DNA of 15,145 nucleotides from an archaeon (GTDB taxonomy: Archaea > SpSt-1190 > DYHY01), in contig JBBIPP010000017.1 of NCBI GenBank assembly GCA_037442745.1, positions 1 to 15,145 of the forward strand. Reading direction: 5' to 3'. The notes beneath the pieces were generated by a model, which saw only the letters and a list, made by a program, of their open reading frames with translations, made no database searches and was not told the origin of the DNA. This document shows, in pieces, positions 1-7,944 of the stretch. Position 1 is the stretch's first letter. The number at the start of each line of letters is the position of its first letter. A program made the position numbers and the translations under genes.

Positions 1-29
1 TTTCAGTCATTTTCTAGGAGGGTTTCAAC
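1..29 (-). CRISPR. CRISPR-type repeat (29 of 30 nt, cut by the window edge); probable first repeat of a leftward array or repeat unit
   Basis: Reverse complement of 1-29 is GTTGAAACCCTCCTAGAAAATGACTGAAA, identical to 15097-15125. The length (30 nt in the complete copy), GTT start and TGAAAG end match the common archaeal 30-nt repeat form. Only one copy is visible on this side. Confidence 0.72.
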
Positions 30-35
30 AGTCCC
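1..35. repeat. Left arm of a perfect 35-bp inverted repeat (partner 15091-15125)
   Basis: Base-by-base comparison shows rc(1-35) = GGGACTGTTGAAACCCTCCTAGAAAATGACTGAAA = 15091-15125. The first mismatch is at 36 versus 15090. Confidence 0.99.
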
Positions 36-68
36 CGTTCTTGTCTCAAATTTAATAACCTTTAAATA
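30..68. promoter_or_regulatory. Back-to-back archaeal promoters: minus-strand TATA (51-58) facing the repeat and plus-strand TATA (61-68) facing ORF 94
   Basis: The minus strand reads AAAGG-TTATTAAA, then 21 nt to the repeat start. Plus-strand TTTAAATA ends 25 nt before ATG 94. Confidence 0.6.
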
Positions 69-93
69 GTGATTATTCCTCTTAACAACTCAA

Positions 94-489
94 ATGAGTG
101 TTCCCATTAACCAATTCAGCCATTCGGCGCCCTTGGGAAAAAAGTCTGCAAACGAGATTAATTCCTATTTCCTGATACAATTGAAGGATTCCGGGGCGAA
201 GAGCGTTTTTTCAATTTGTAAAGAGCTAGTATCGGTTTCTGGAGTCTCGGCAGCATCGGGGATTTCCGGAATTTTCGACATTCTCGCAAAAGTATCCCTT
301 GACAAGGAAAGAACAGAAAAGCTAGTCTCTGATCTGCGGGGAAGGGAAGAAGTGGAGTTCGTCTCACTTTTCGAGGTTGATTCGGTCCATATGCCAGGCC
401 AGGGGTTGCCGAATTTCAGGGCAAGGAAGAAGGGTATGTGGAATGAAAACTCAATTGTTGAAGAATCCAGTTCAGGCGCGCTTCACTAA
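94..489 (+). CDS. Hypothetical protein with a probable stand-alone Lrp/AsnC ligand-binding (RAM/ACT-like) domain
   Basis: YFLIQL...ELVSVSGVSAASGISGIFDILAKV...LVSDLRGREEV follows the beta-alpha-beta-beta-alpha-beta pattern and the 'G.fDil.kv' motif of AsnC C-terminal domains. No N-terminal HTH is evident. Confidence 0.55.
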   Translation: MSVPINQFSHSAPLGKKSANEINSYFLIQLKDSGAKSVFSICKELVSVSGVSAASGISGIFDILAKVSLDKERTEKLVSDLRGREEVEFVSLFEVDSVHMPGQGLPNFRARKKGMWNENSIVEESSSGALH

Positions 490-491
490 TT

Positions 492-518
492 TCCGGGCAA
501 GGCCGGACATTTTTTAAA
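492..518 (+). promoter_or_regulatory. Short hairpin plus T-tract (possible terminator) overlapping the TATA box of the DsbA gene
   Basis: TCCGG/CCGGA stem at 492-507 is followed by T6. TTTTTAAA at 511-518 ends 23 nt before ATG 542. Confidence 0.45.
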
Positions 519-541
519 CCCTCCAATTATTTTCCACCAAA

Positions 542-1231
542 ATGTCTGACGGAAAGAAGCTCAATTTTTACAAAAAGGAAACTGCCGGAAAGAAGACGGA
601 CAAGTTAGTCAAATATGCGTTAATTGCTCTCGTCGCATTCGGAATAACCCTTCTTCTCCTCTCCGGCCTGAATTCCGGAAGGCAGAAAGAGAGCATTTCT
701 GGGAGCGTTCCTTTCCCGGAGCTTTCCGAGAACGGGACAAAGGTCGTTTTCGTAGAATTCTCGGACTTTGAATGCCCATATTGCGCCCGGGCCCAAGGAA
801 CTGTCTCGGCCCTGAAAGCCGAATATGCTGGAAAGGTCAATTTCGTTTTCAAGCATTTCCCAATACATGGAGCGACTGCCGAAAAAGCAGCGGAAGCGAC
901 AGAGTGCGCAAGGGACCAGGGCCTCTTTGAGCCCTATCACCTCTTGGTTTTCGAGAATTACAATTCCCTGACAGTCCAGAAACTGAAGGATTTTTCAGGG
1001 AGAGTTGGCGCTGACACAGCTCTCTTCGCTTCATGCCTTGATTCTGGTCAGAAATCGGAAGTTGTGAAAGCCGACTATAACAAGGCAACCTCCCTAGGAA
1101 TAAGGGCAACCCCGACATTCTTCGTTAACGGCAAGAAAATAGAGGGCGCAGTCGACATTTCCGAATTCAGGAAAGCAATAAACTCCGAATTGGTTCTCCT
1201 AGTTTCGGGAGCTCCCGAGGAAAGCAAATAG
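542..1231 (+). CDS. Membrane-anchored DsbA-family thioredoxin-fold disulfide oxidoreductase
   Basis: N-terminal hydrophobic helix (YALIALVAFGITLLLL), EFSDFECPYC active site, FKHFP, AAEATECARDQG and the cis-Pro loop GIRATPTFFVNG. Confidence 0.93.
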   Translation: MSDGKKLNFYKKETAGKKTDKLVKYALIALVAFGITLLLLSGLNSGRQKESISGSVPFPELSENGTKVVFVEFSDFECPYCARAQGTVSALKAEYAGKVNFVFKHFPIHGATAEKAAEATECARDQGLFEPYHLLVFENYNSLTVQKLKDFSGRVGADTALFASCLDSGQKSEVVKADYNKATSLGIRATPTFFVNGKKIEGAVDISEFRKAINSELVLLVSGAPEESK

Positions 1232-1248
1232 GGGAAGTTTGCATTATT

Positions 1249-1515
1249 TCAATTTTCAGGCGGTTTTTGTGCTTCCTTTTGATTGGACAGCCACTCTTCC
1301 TTCCCAAGAACCTCTTTTCCGACAGCTTCCATCTCTGGCTTGCCATATTTCTCAAGAATCTCCTCCGCAGTCAGTTTCGAGGGAAGGGCGCACTCAATAC
1401 AGATTCCGGCGGAAATCCCGCGTTCATTGTCAATAACGAACCTTACTTGGGGCATTTTCCTCGAACAGATTGAACATATTCCTTCCTGGGGTTCTGGCGT
1501 GATTCCTATAGGCAT
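1249..1515 (-). CDS. Small putative zinc-binding protein (two CxxC pairs)
   Basis: 88 aa with ATG start, CSIC...CIEC knuckles and a charged helical tail. It fits between neighbours without overlap and converges on the DsbA gene. Confidence 0.7.
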   Translation of the reverse strand: MPIGITPEPQEGICSICSRKMPQVRFVIDNERGISAGICIECALPSKLTAEEILEKYGKPEMEAVGKEVLGKEEWLSNQKEAQKPPEN

Positions 1516-1662
1516 TTTCCGAAAGGTTAAAACCCCTCCCTAATATTGTTTGCTTTCCGAGAAAAGAAACGCTATTTTCGGAAAAGTCATCAAATAAATA
1601 ACTGAAAAAACGGCCATGAATCCAAGGCTTTATTAACTACTGACTAGTAATGTAATATAAGT

Positions 1663-2442
1663 GTGTTAACAATGGCAAATAGTGAAGGCACGACTTATCT
1701 GAAAAATCCCAAGTTGGCTGTAATAACCCCTAAGAAAAATTTACCTAAAAATCCAGCGCCAAATGAACCTAATCCAGCGCCAAATGAACTTGCCAATTCC
1801 TTAGTTTGTGTAAGGAAGCTTTTTCCGAAGGATTTCCTCAGCAGAGACATAACACTGGACGAGATTTACGCGAACATGGTCGGCCTGTTTGATCTCCGCG
1901 GGGAGATGCCCGGAATGAACGAGTCAAATGTACAGAAGATGATTGCGGCTTCCTGGCACAATCCGAATTTCCTCGAAATGCAGGCGAAAGAGCTTAGGAA
2001 AAAATACGGGGAGCTGTCACAGGAGGTTGCGAACACCCTCCGCCTGATTTCCCAAAAGGCATCGGACGCCGTGAAAGGGTATGAGGACGCGATACGGGCA
2101 TTTCCTGCGAAGGATTCTCTCAACCTCGGGGCGGCGAAAAAAGCTTACCTAGAAGCCTCTGAGAAATACTGGAACGCTTTGGCAATCGGCAATCCCAACA
2201 GCGAAGATTACAAGTCAAAAATGGAGGCTGCGAAGGAGCAACTCGGAAACGTCAGGCGGACCCTCGACGCGTTCGACCGCATCCACGATCTCGCGAACAT
2301 CGCGACATATTCCTACGCCCTAGCGAAAGAGATTGCTCCGGAAGATGAGGGGCGCTCTGCCGCAAGGAAAATTTGTCTGAGCTCAACGTATGTTGAACGG
2401 GCATTGAGAACGGGCCTCCCGGTTAACGACAGCAACCCCTAA
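1663..2442 (+). CDS. Hypothetical, largely alpha-helical protein with a Pro/Asn-rich N-terminus (start GTG 1663 or ATG 1672)
   Basis: 259-aa ORF with normal composition and TTTATTAA at 1629-1636 upstream. No family recognised. Confidence 0.75.
   Translation: MLTMANSEGTTYLKNPKLAVITPKKNLPKNPAPNEPNPAPNELANSLVCVRKLFPKDFLSRDITLDEIYANMVGLFDLRGEMPGMNESNVQKMIAASWHNPNFLEMQAKELRKKYGELSQEVANTLRLISQKASDAVKGYEDAIRAFPAKDSLNLGAAKKAYLEASEKYWNALAIGNPNSEDYKSKMEAAKEQLGNVRRTLDAFDRIHDLANIATYSYALAKEIAPEDEGRSAARKICLSSTYVERALRTGLPVNDSNP
1750..1789 (+). repeat. In-frame tandem duplication with 21-bp period (NPAPNE-P/NPAPNE-L)
   Basis: AATCCAGCGCCAAATGAAC occurs at 1750-1768 and 1771-1789. Confidence 0.95.
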
Positions 2443-2448
2443 ATAGCA

Positions 2449-2520
2449 ATGGCAGCCGAGCTTCCTCCTCACATACTTTCCGAGGTCAAAGAATTGGCAA
2501 GAAAGGCAATGAGATACTAG
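2449..2520 (+). CDS. Possible 23-aa small protein or gene remnant (MAAELPPHILSEVKELARKAMRY)
   Basis: ATG lies 6 nt after the upstream stop, and the peptide reads as an amphipathic helix. It is absent from the ORF track, presumably too short. Confidence 0.3.
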   Translation: MAAELPPHILSEVKELARKAMRY

Positions 2521-2614
2521 GGAAGTTGGCGTCTTTTGAATTGCCTCCCCCGGATTGCCCGGAAATGTACAAAATATAACTTTTATATAGTGGTTAATGC
2601 TTGATTTTTTTAGA

Positions 2615-3361
2615 ATGGCAAAGACCGGCAATTTCGACTGGGTTTCGAGGGAAAAAATCAACATCCTGCTCTCTGAACTTGGCGAGGGCGAGGGGGACTC
2701 TGCTCTCCTTGCAGGAAAGAACTATTGCAATAGCTATTCCTACGAAATAGCTGATGTCTCTCCAAGAAGGGTGCGCCTCTTAATTATCCCAACTATGGAA
2801 GGTCAGAACGGACGGGTGATTTCCTTCATACGCTCAAGCCTCAAGGGCAACCGGGAGAAAACTGATCTTTTGGATTTTGGGAACGGACTTTACGCATCTT
2901 TTAAGGGTGAGCAAGTTTACGTCACCGACGGGAAAGTTATTGCCAAGGCGAAAGTCCCGAATACGGAGGCCGGAGGAATAGGGGAAATTGAAGAGATTTA
3001 CAAGAAGGTTGAGAATGTGAACTCCCTCGATTCCTGTGTTCTGGAATTGGCAGAAGCATATTCATCAGTTTTCGGAAAATCCGCGCCCGCTCATTCATAT
3101 TCCAAGGCGGAATACGCGGAAGGCAGTCCTTTTGATCAGCTCCTCACGCGCGGACTGATAAGCTCCACTAAGACATACTGGCTAAGGGCGGATAAGGAAG
3201 GAATTTGCCTGTTGGAAGCGAATGCCAAAGTTCTTGATTACTCGACCAGCAATCAAGTGGCTGGGCGGGCCCCAAGACAAACCACGAAAATTTCTCCGGC
3301 ACGGGGGGCATCTGGCAATTCCACCGGATACGACGGCGAAGGCTTATGGGAAAGCCTATGA
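2615..3361 (+). CDS. Hypothetical protein (alpha/beta); start ATG 2615 preferred over 2597
   Basis: Long ORF with no family recognised. TTTATATA at 2582-2589 ends 25 nt before ATG 2615, the spacing seen at other genes here. Confidence 0.75.
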   Translation: MAKTGNFDWVSREKINILLSELGEGEGDSALLAGKNYCNSYSYEIADVSPRRVRLLIIPTMEGQNGRVISFIRSSLKGNREKTDLLDFGNGLYASFKGEQVYVTDGKVIAKAKVPNTEAGGIGEIEEIYKKVENVNSLDSCVLELAEAYSSVFGKSAPAHSYSKAEYAEGSPFDQLLTRGLISSTKTYWLRADKEGICLLEANAKVLDYSTSNQVAGRAPRQTTKISPARGASGNSTGYDGEGLWESL

Positions 3362-3374
3362 AGAGGTCTCTTCC

Positions 3375-3391
3375 GGAAAAACCTATTTAAT
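3375..3391 (+). promoter_or_regulatory. BRE/TATA promoter of the pilin-like operon
   Basis: GGAAAAACC-TATTTAAT ends 24 nt before ATG 3416. Confidence 0.5.
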
Positions 3392-3415
3392 CCTCAGGGT
3401 TCGCTATTCTGCCGA

Positions 3416-3838
3416 ATGCCACCCGGGAAAATGACAGGGCAGGTGTCGGTAGAGTTCCTAATAGTTGTGGGAATTGTCCTGATGATCCTGACCCCTCTCT
3501 GGTTCTCCCTCTACAAATCAGTTTCCGATGAGCAGGAAACTGTGCGGATATCGTCCGGAAAGACCGCTCTCTCAAGAATTGCCCGGGCGGCGGAATTGGT
3601 CTATATTCAGGGAGCTCCTGCGGAGACGACAATAACTGTCAGCCTTCCCTCTGGAATAACCAATTTCTCCCTCGGAAACAACGAGACAGTCCTCCGGATA
3701 ACATACAAAGGGACTTACATTGACCTTGTCGAGCCCCTGAAAGCCAACATTACAGGGACTCTTCCCCTGACTGGCGGGCTATACCGGCTGAAAATAAGGG
3801 CAATGGACGGAGGATATGTGAATGTCTCAATTATCTGA
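3416..3838 (+). CDS. Archaeal type IV pilin-like protein with class III signal peptide
   Basis: KMTG|QVSVEFLIVVGIVLMIL has Gln at +1, Glu at +5 and a hydrophobic helix, as in the QxSxE-type archaeal pilins. It has four N-x-S/T sequons. Confidence 0.88.
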   Translation: MPPGKMTGQVSVEFLIVVGIVLMILTPLWFSLYKSVSDEQETVRISSGKTALSRIARAAELVYIQGAPAETTITVSLPSGITNFSLGNNETVLRITYKGTYIDLVEPLKANITGTLPLTGGLYRLKIRAMDGGYVNVSII

Positions 3839-4238
3839 CCGGCGTTCCCAGGCGGCAATTGAGCTAATGGCGCTAGTCTCCCTGTCGCTGATTTTCCTGA
3901 CATTGGTTTTCTCCTTCTACATGCGGGAGAGGAACGCGACACTTGAGGAAACTCTCCTGATGGAGGCAAAGACCCGCGCAAACGAGGTTGCCGGGGCAAT
4001 TGACCAGGTCTATCTCGGAGGGGACGGCTATGAGCGGAATCTCACGCTCCCGGAAGTTATTGGCGGATACAATTATTCAATAAACTCTTCAGGAGGCCAC
4101 GTTTACCTAATACTTCCAGACTTTCCGATGTCTGTCTCAGGAAAAATGATACCTACAAATTTCATTGGCAATTTTTCAAGGGGAAAGAATCACAGAATAG
4201 CGAACGTTGGCGGGAGCGTGGGGATTTTTGAAACCTAG
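3822..4238 (+). CDS. Archaeal type IV pilin-like protein with class III signal peptide
   Basis: RRS|QAAIELMALVSLSLIFL with +1 Gln and +5 Glu. IDQVYLGGDG..RNLTLP resembles AELVYIQGAP..ITVSLP in the preceding pilin. It overlaps the upstream stop. Confidence 0.87.
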   Translation: MSQLSDRRSQAAIELMALVSLSLIFLTLVFSFYMRERNATLEETLLMEAKTRANEVAGAIDQVYLGGDGYERNLTLPEVIGGYNYSINSSGGHVYLILPDFPMSVSGKMIPTNFIGNFSRGKNHRIANVGGSVGIFET

Positions 4239-4734
4239 GAAAGCCCGGTCTGCCCAGATATTCTCCTTTGATTTCGCTTCAAGCGCGAGCGTTTTCATGA
4301 TTTTCTTCGTGATTTTCCTCCTCGCATATTCAAGGCTGAAGGACGAGACAGACTACTCGGAAAGGATGAGGAACCTGATGCTCTCCTCAAACAAAGTCTC
4401 CGATGTCCTTGTTGGAACAAAGGGCTTTCCCGAGGACTGGACGAACGAGACTGTCGAGACAATAGGCCTTGCGTCCGAGGAGAACGTCTTGTCCTCCGAG
4501 AAAGTTTCAAGACTCCTCTCAGTCAGCTATTCTTCGTCAAAAGCCCTCCTCCCGATTGGCAATTTCGAATTCTTCCTCAACCTCTCCGAACTTTCAACAG
4601 GAGATCCGATCTTCAATTACGGGATTTTCCCCAATAACAATTCCACATCAATTGTCCCGACAAGGAGGCTTGTTCTCTATTCTAACTCTACTGGTCGGAC
4701 ACTGGCGAAGCTGGAGGTGCTTGTTTGGGAGTGA
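4228..4734 (+). CDS. Minor pilin-like protein (class III signal, FSxD subtype); start TTG 4228 or 4207
   Basis: RKARSA|QIFSFDFASSASVFMIFFVIFLL, then G-x-P-x-x-W (GFPEDW) and IGLA motifs. It overlaps both neighbours. Confidence 0.82.
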   Translation: MKPRKARSAQIFSFDFASSASVFMIFFVIFLLAYSRLKDETDYSERMRNLMLSSNKVSDVLVGTKGFPEDWTNETVETIGLASEENVLSSEKVSRLLSVSYSSSKALLPIGNFEFFLNLSELSTGDPIFNYGIFPNNNSTSIVPTRRLVLYSNSTGRTLAKLEVLVWE

Positions 4735-6665
4735 CTAGCCCATCCAGGAAAGGCTTTGTGTTCTCTCTTGACGCCCTCTCCGCAATAATAGTGATTTCCC
4801 TCTCAGTCCTCTCAATCTATCTCCTCTCCGAATCATCCCGCCCGGAAGCATCGAAATACCAGTATCTTTCGGCAATTTCAAGGGATGTCATAACAATTCT
4901 TGAAAAGACCAAGGTGTCCGAAGCCCAAAACATACCGATAATTGTGCAATACCTTTCCTCCGGAGCAATAAATCAAGAGGACATTGACAAGAGGCTGGTC
5001 GACGTTGTCGGCTCTTTCTACGCCTCCGGCAATTCCTCGGCAGCTGGCCTGATAATGCAAGGGGTTTTTTCAGAATTCCTTCCTTCCAGCCTATATTACA
5101 AGATTTCAATTGACAACGAAACAATCCTCGAGAACGGGGAGAGCTACTCATCATCCCTCTCTACAAGGGCAATAATTTCCGGCTACCAATTGGGAAAGCC
5201 AACAAGCGGATATATTTCAAGGGCGTGGCTCGGGACTGCCCGTGGGAACTTTACGGATGTTATAGAAATATCCCCCCTTGGTAGCGGATACTCCTCCGCA
5301 TATTCCTCAACATACGGTAACCTCACCTTCACGAAATACTTCAACCTCCCATCAACCGACAACCTGACGGCAACCCTCTACATCTCGGCCCACGAGGACG
5401 GGGGTTGGATATTTCCCTTTGTCAATGGCGCCCTTCAGACAATTCCGCTAGGAAACGACTGCTACCACCCAACAGATGCCTGCTATGACAGAATAACGCT
5501 CAATCCGGATGACTTTGTCGAGGGTCAAAACGAGCTGAAAATGACACTCGGGACTCCCGGAAATTACCACACCCACACGCACCCGGGATTCCTCCTTATT
5601 CTCAACTACAACGACAACCGGGAGACGAATTTCGTCCAGGAGAAGCAAGTCTATGAGGAAATAAACCTTACCGATGTTCGGGGCAGGCCAGTTGCATGGG
5701 AGATATATCCGTTCCATATTCCCGAGGGCGCGAAAATAAATTCAGCCAATGTCCATGTAAAGGCGGAAGGCGTTAACAGGCGCGGGGAAATATGGATAAA
5801 CGATGACAGGATATGGTATAACACCAGTTCAGGATGCTCGTCTTGCATCTCCGCCCTTAACGGGGCCGGGATAACGAAAAACATCCTTCCCTATCTCAAC
5901 AAGGATGCGTCCGACTACTCTACGGGGGAGACGAACACAGTTTCAGTATATCTCGACATCCCCGGGACCGCTTCCGGGAATGCGGAGGATTATCCGGTGT
6001 CCGGCGCAAGCGGATTTGCAAACCTCTCGGGAACGAGCGTTCTGCGCCTGAACTACACTCTCGAGTCCCCTTTGGTAAAATACAACCATGTTCCGATAAC
6101 CAAAATATTCGAGATCGGGACCCTCGACGGCCAGGGGGATGCCCTGACAAAGAAAGTTCCATTCAACCTCCCGAACGCAACCCTTCTTTCCCTTTATTTC
6201 CACGACGTCCAGAAATATTCCTACAAAATCTCTGTTTCCGCCTGGCATTCGACGGAGTCCGAACCTTCCTGGCTCGGAAGACCGACTTGGAAGTGGTCCA
6301 ACTACAACGTTTTTCTCTCGCCTACAGCAAGGAACACTCCCAGCACTCTCTACATCCCCCTCTCCCGCCTGGCTGAAGGAAGCAATAACACAATAAAAAT
6401 ACGCGACGGATTCGACGGGGGCTCGAGCTCTAACTACATAATGAGGAATTCAACTGTCGAATACACAATACTCGTTCCGGCAAGCGTTCCCTACGGGGAC
6501 GCTTTCGCAAACCTCTCACTCGCCCAGGAGGACGCAGTCTCACGCCTGAACGCGCTCCTCGCCGAATACAACCTGACCGGAACACCTTCCAGCGACACCG
6601 CGAACATTGCCGGGATCTCCTGGCTATGGGGCCCATCGGAATTGAAAGTGGTGATTGGAATCTAG
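4725..6665 (+). CDS. Large pilin-like protein / putative pilus adhesin (class III signal, FSLD subtype); start TTG 4725 or GTG 4731
   Basis: RKG|FVFSLDALSAIIVISLSVL, with GGAGGTG RBS at 4713-4719. It has a large S/T/N/Y/G-rich beta-type extracellular region and a C-terminal WGP-x-x-LKVVI strand resembling the end of the previous gene (LEVLVW). Confidence 0.82.
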   Translation: MGVTSPSRKGFVFSLDALSAIIVISLSVLSIYLLSESSRPEASKYQYLSAISRDVITILEKTKVSEAQNIPIIVQYLSSGAINQEDIDKRLVDVVGSFYASGNSSAAGLIMQGVFSEFLPSSLYYKISIDNETILENGESYSSSLSTRAIISGYQLGKPTSGYISRAWLGTARGNFTDVIEISPLGSGYSSAYSSTYGNLTFTKYFNLPSTDNLTATLYISAHEDGGWIFPFVNGALQTIPLGNDCYHPTDACYDRITLNPDDFVEGQNELKMTLGTPGNYHTHTHPGFLLILNYNDNRETNFVQEKQVYEEINLTDVRGRPVAWEIYPFHIPEGAKINSANVHVKAEGVNRRGEIWINDDRIWYNTSSGCSSCISALNGAGITKNILPYLNKDASDYSTGETNTVSVYLDIPGTASGNAEDYPVSGASGFANLSGTSVLRLNYTLESPLVKYNHVPITKIFEIGTLDGQGDALTKKVPFNLPNATLLSLYFHDVQKYSYKISVSAWHSTESEPSWLGRPTWKWSNYNVFLSPTARNTPSTLYIPLSRLAEGSNNTIKIRDGFDGGSSSNYIMRNSTVEYTILVPASVPYGDAFANLSLAQEDAVSRLNALLAEYNLTGTPSSDTANIAGISWLWGPSELKVVIGI

Positions 6666-7907
6666 ATGGCTACGAAAAGAAAGGCGCTAGTTTACACAAC
6701 AATTGCGCTCCTTTTGTTCTCGATAATAGTTGTTCTCGCAACAGTCCAGGGAAAGTACCTCAACGCAGGGGAGCGTGAGGCAATATCGAAAATATCTTCC
6801 GATTCAATCAGGAGCTTTACTGCGACAGTTGAGCGGGACTATGACAAGGCGCTCGACGTTTCCTCAAGGAGGGCTATTGTGACCGCGGTCAATTACGTTC
6901 TCAACGCAACGCCGCTTCGTTCAGCCGAAGCCGATTTGGAGGAGCTGATAATGAACGGGACGCTCCTTGGCGTGCCCTATCCCCTGATGGAGAATAGCAC
7001 AGTCTCATTTTGGCTTTCCCGAATGCAGGAAGTCGGGGGGCGGGCGGGGCTCTCGGTTTCCCTCGAGTTAACAAACTTCTCCCTTGAGGAAGAGACCCCT
7101 TTCGCGCTAACTGTTCGGACAACAATATCCCTGAACGTCTCAAACGCCCAGACCTCGGCGAAGGTCTCAAGGATAATCCACAAGAATTTCACCTTTTCAA
7201 TCGAGAATTTCACAGACCCATATTATGCTGTGAGGACTTTTGGTCTTGTCACAAGAACAATCAAGGAAGCTTCTTTCAGCCCGGCGACTGGCTTTCTCTC
7301 CGGAGGCAACCACTCCGCAGGCTCATATGCGAAAGGGCTTTCAAAGAAAGTCTCCTCGAACGCCGAGGCCCAGGCGCTCTCGAACAAGTCAGGGACAATC
7401 CTCATTGTCCCTAGCCCGGGGACAATAAACGCGACGCTTGCGCCCCAGTTCGCAGGAATTGTTGCGGAGGCGAACGGGACATCGGCCTCTTCCACATATG
7501 TTTCCGGAGCTTCGGGCGCTCTTGATTCAATTCCTGACGGGACCTTTGTCTATATTGACGCAGAAAGCAAGGCAGTCTGGAACAGGACGCACCTTGACCT
7601 CCTGGAAATCCTGATTGCTTCGGGAGGGTATGTTCCCGGAGAAGGCCCCTCGTTCCTAGACCGCCTAGAACTGCGCGACAACAAGACCCGGGCGAACGGC
7701 CTCGAGTCAATCGCGAACCTCCCAGAAATTTCAGAAAAGGGAATTCTCACATATTCTAACACAACAACTGTTGACTATCTCTATTTCCGGAACGGCTCAG
7801 TCGCAGGTTCGGCGATAAGGGGGATATACTATTCCTGGTTCAAGCTTGATTCGGCTCATCTTGCCAAATACGGTGTGAAATCTGGGAACTACTCACTTTC
7901 AGACTAA
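6666..7907 (+). CDS. Pilus-associated secreted protein with class III-like signal peptide
   Basis: KRKA|LVYTTIALLLFSIIVVL. The C-terminal GPSFLDRLE...GLES motif is one I associate with archaeal pilus-locus proteins. It has 16 N-x-S/T sequons and starts 1 nt after the upstream stop. Confidence 0.78.
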   Translation: MATKRKALVYTTIALLLFSIIVVLATVQGKYLNAGEREAISKISSDSIRSFTATVERDYDKALDVSSRRAIVTAVNYVLNATPLRSAEADLEELIMNGTLLGVPYPLMENSTVSFWLSRMQEVGGRAGLSVSLELTNFSLEEETPFALTVRTTISLNVSNAQTSAKVSRIIHKNFTFSIENFTDPYYAVRTFGLVTRTIKEASFSPATGFLSGGNHSAGSYAKGLSKKVSSNAEAQALSNKSGTILIVPSPGTINATLAPQFAGIVAEANGTSASSTYVSGASGALDSIPDGTFVYIDAESKAVWNRTHLDLLEILIASGGYVPGEGPSFLDRLELRDNKTRANGLESIANLPEISEKGILTYSNTTTVDYLYFRNGSVAGSAIRGIYYSWFKLDSAHLAKYGVKSGNYSLSD

Positions 7908-7931
7908 GTTGTTTCAGATAAAACATTTATG

Positions 7932-7944
7932 TTTCTTTTTTGTT
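7932..7944 (+). terminator. Archaeal oligo-T terminator of the pilin-like operon
   Basis: TTTCTTTTTTGTT begins about 25 nt after the stop at 7907. Confidence 0.5.

Noticed and set aside
514-524. AAACCCTCC 9-mer shared with the repeat
   Set aside because: Too short, and it coincides with the DsbA TATA box and its C-rich flank.
7897-7920. Minus-strand TGAAACAACTTAGTCTGAAAG resembling a shortened repeat
   Set aside because: It needs a gap of about 7 nt, overlaps the end of a coding sequence, and is explained by a short TTTCAGA direct repeat.
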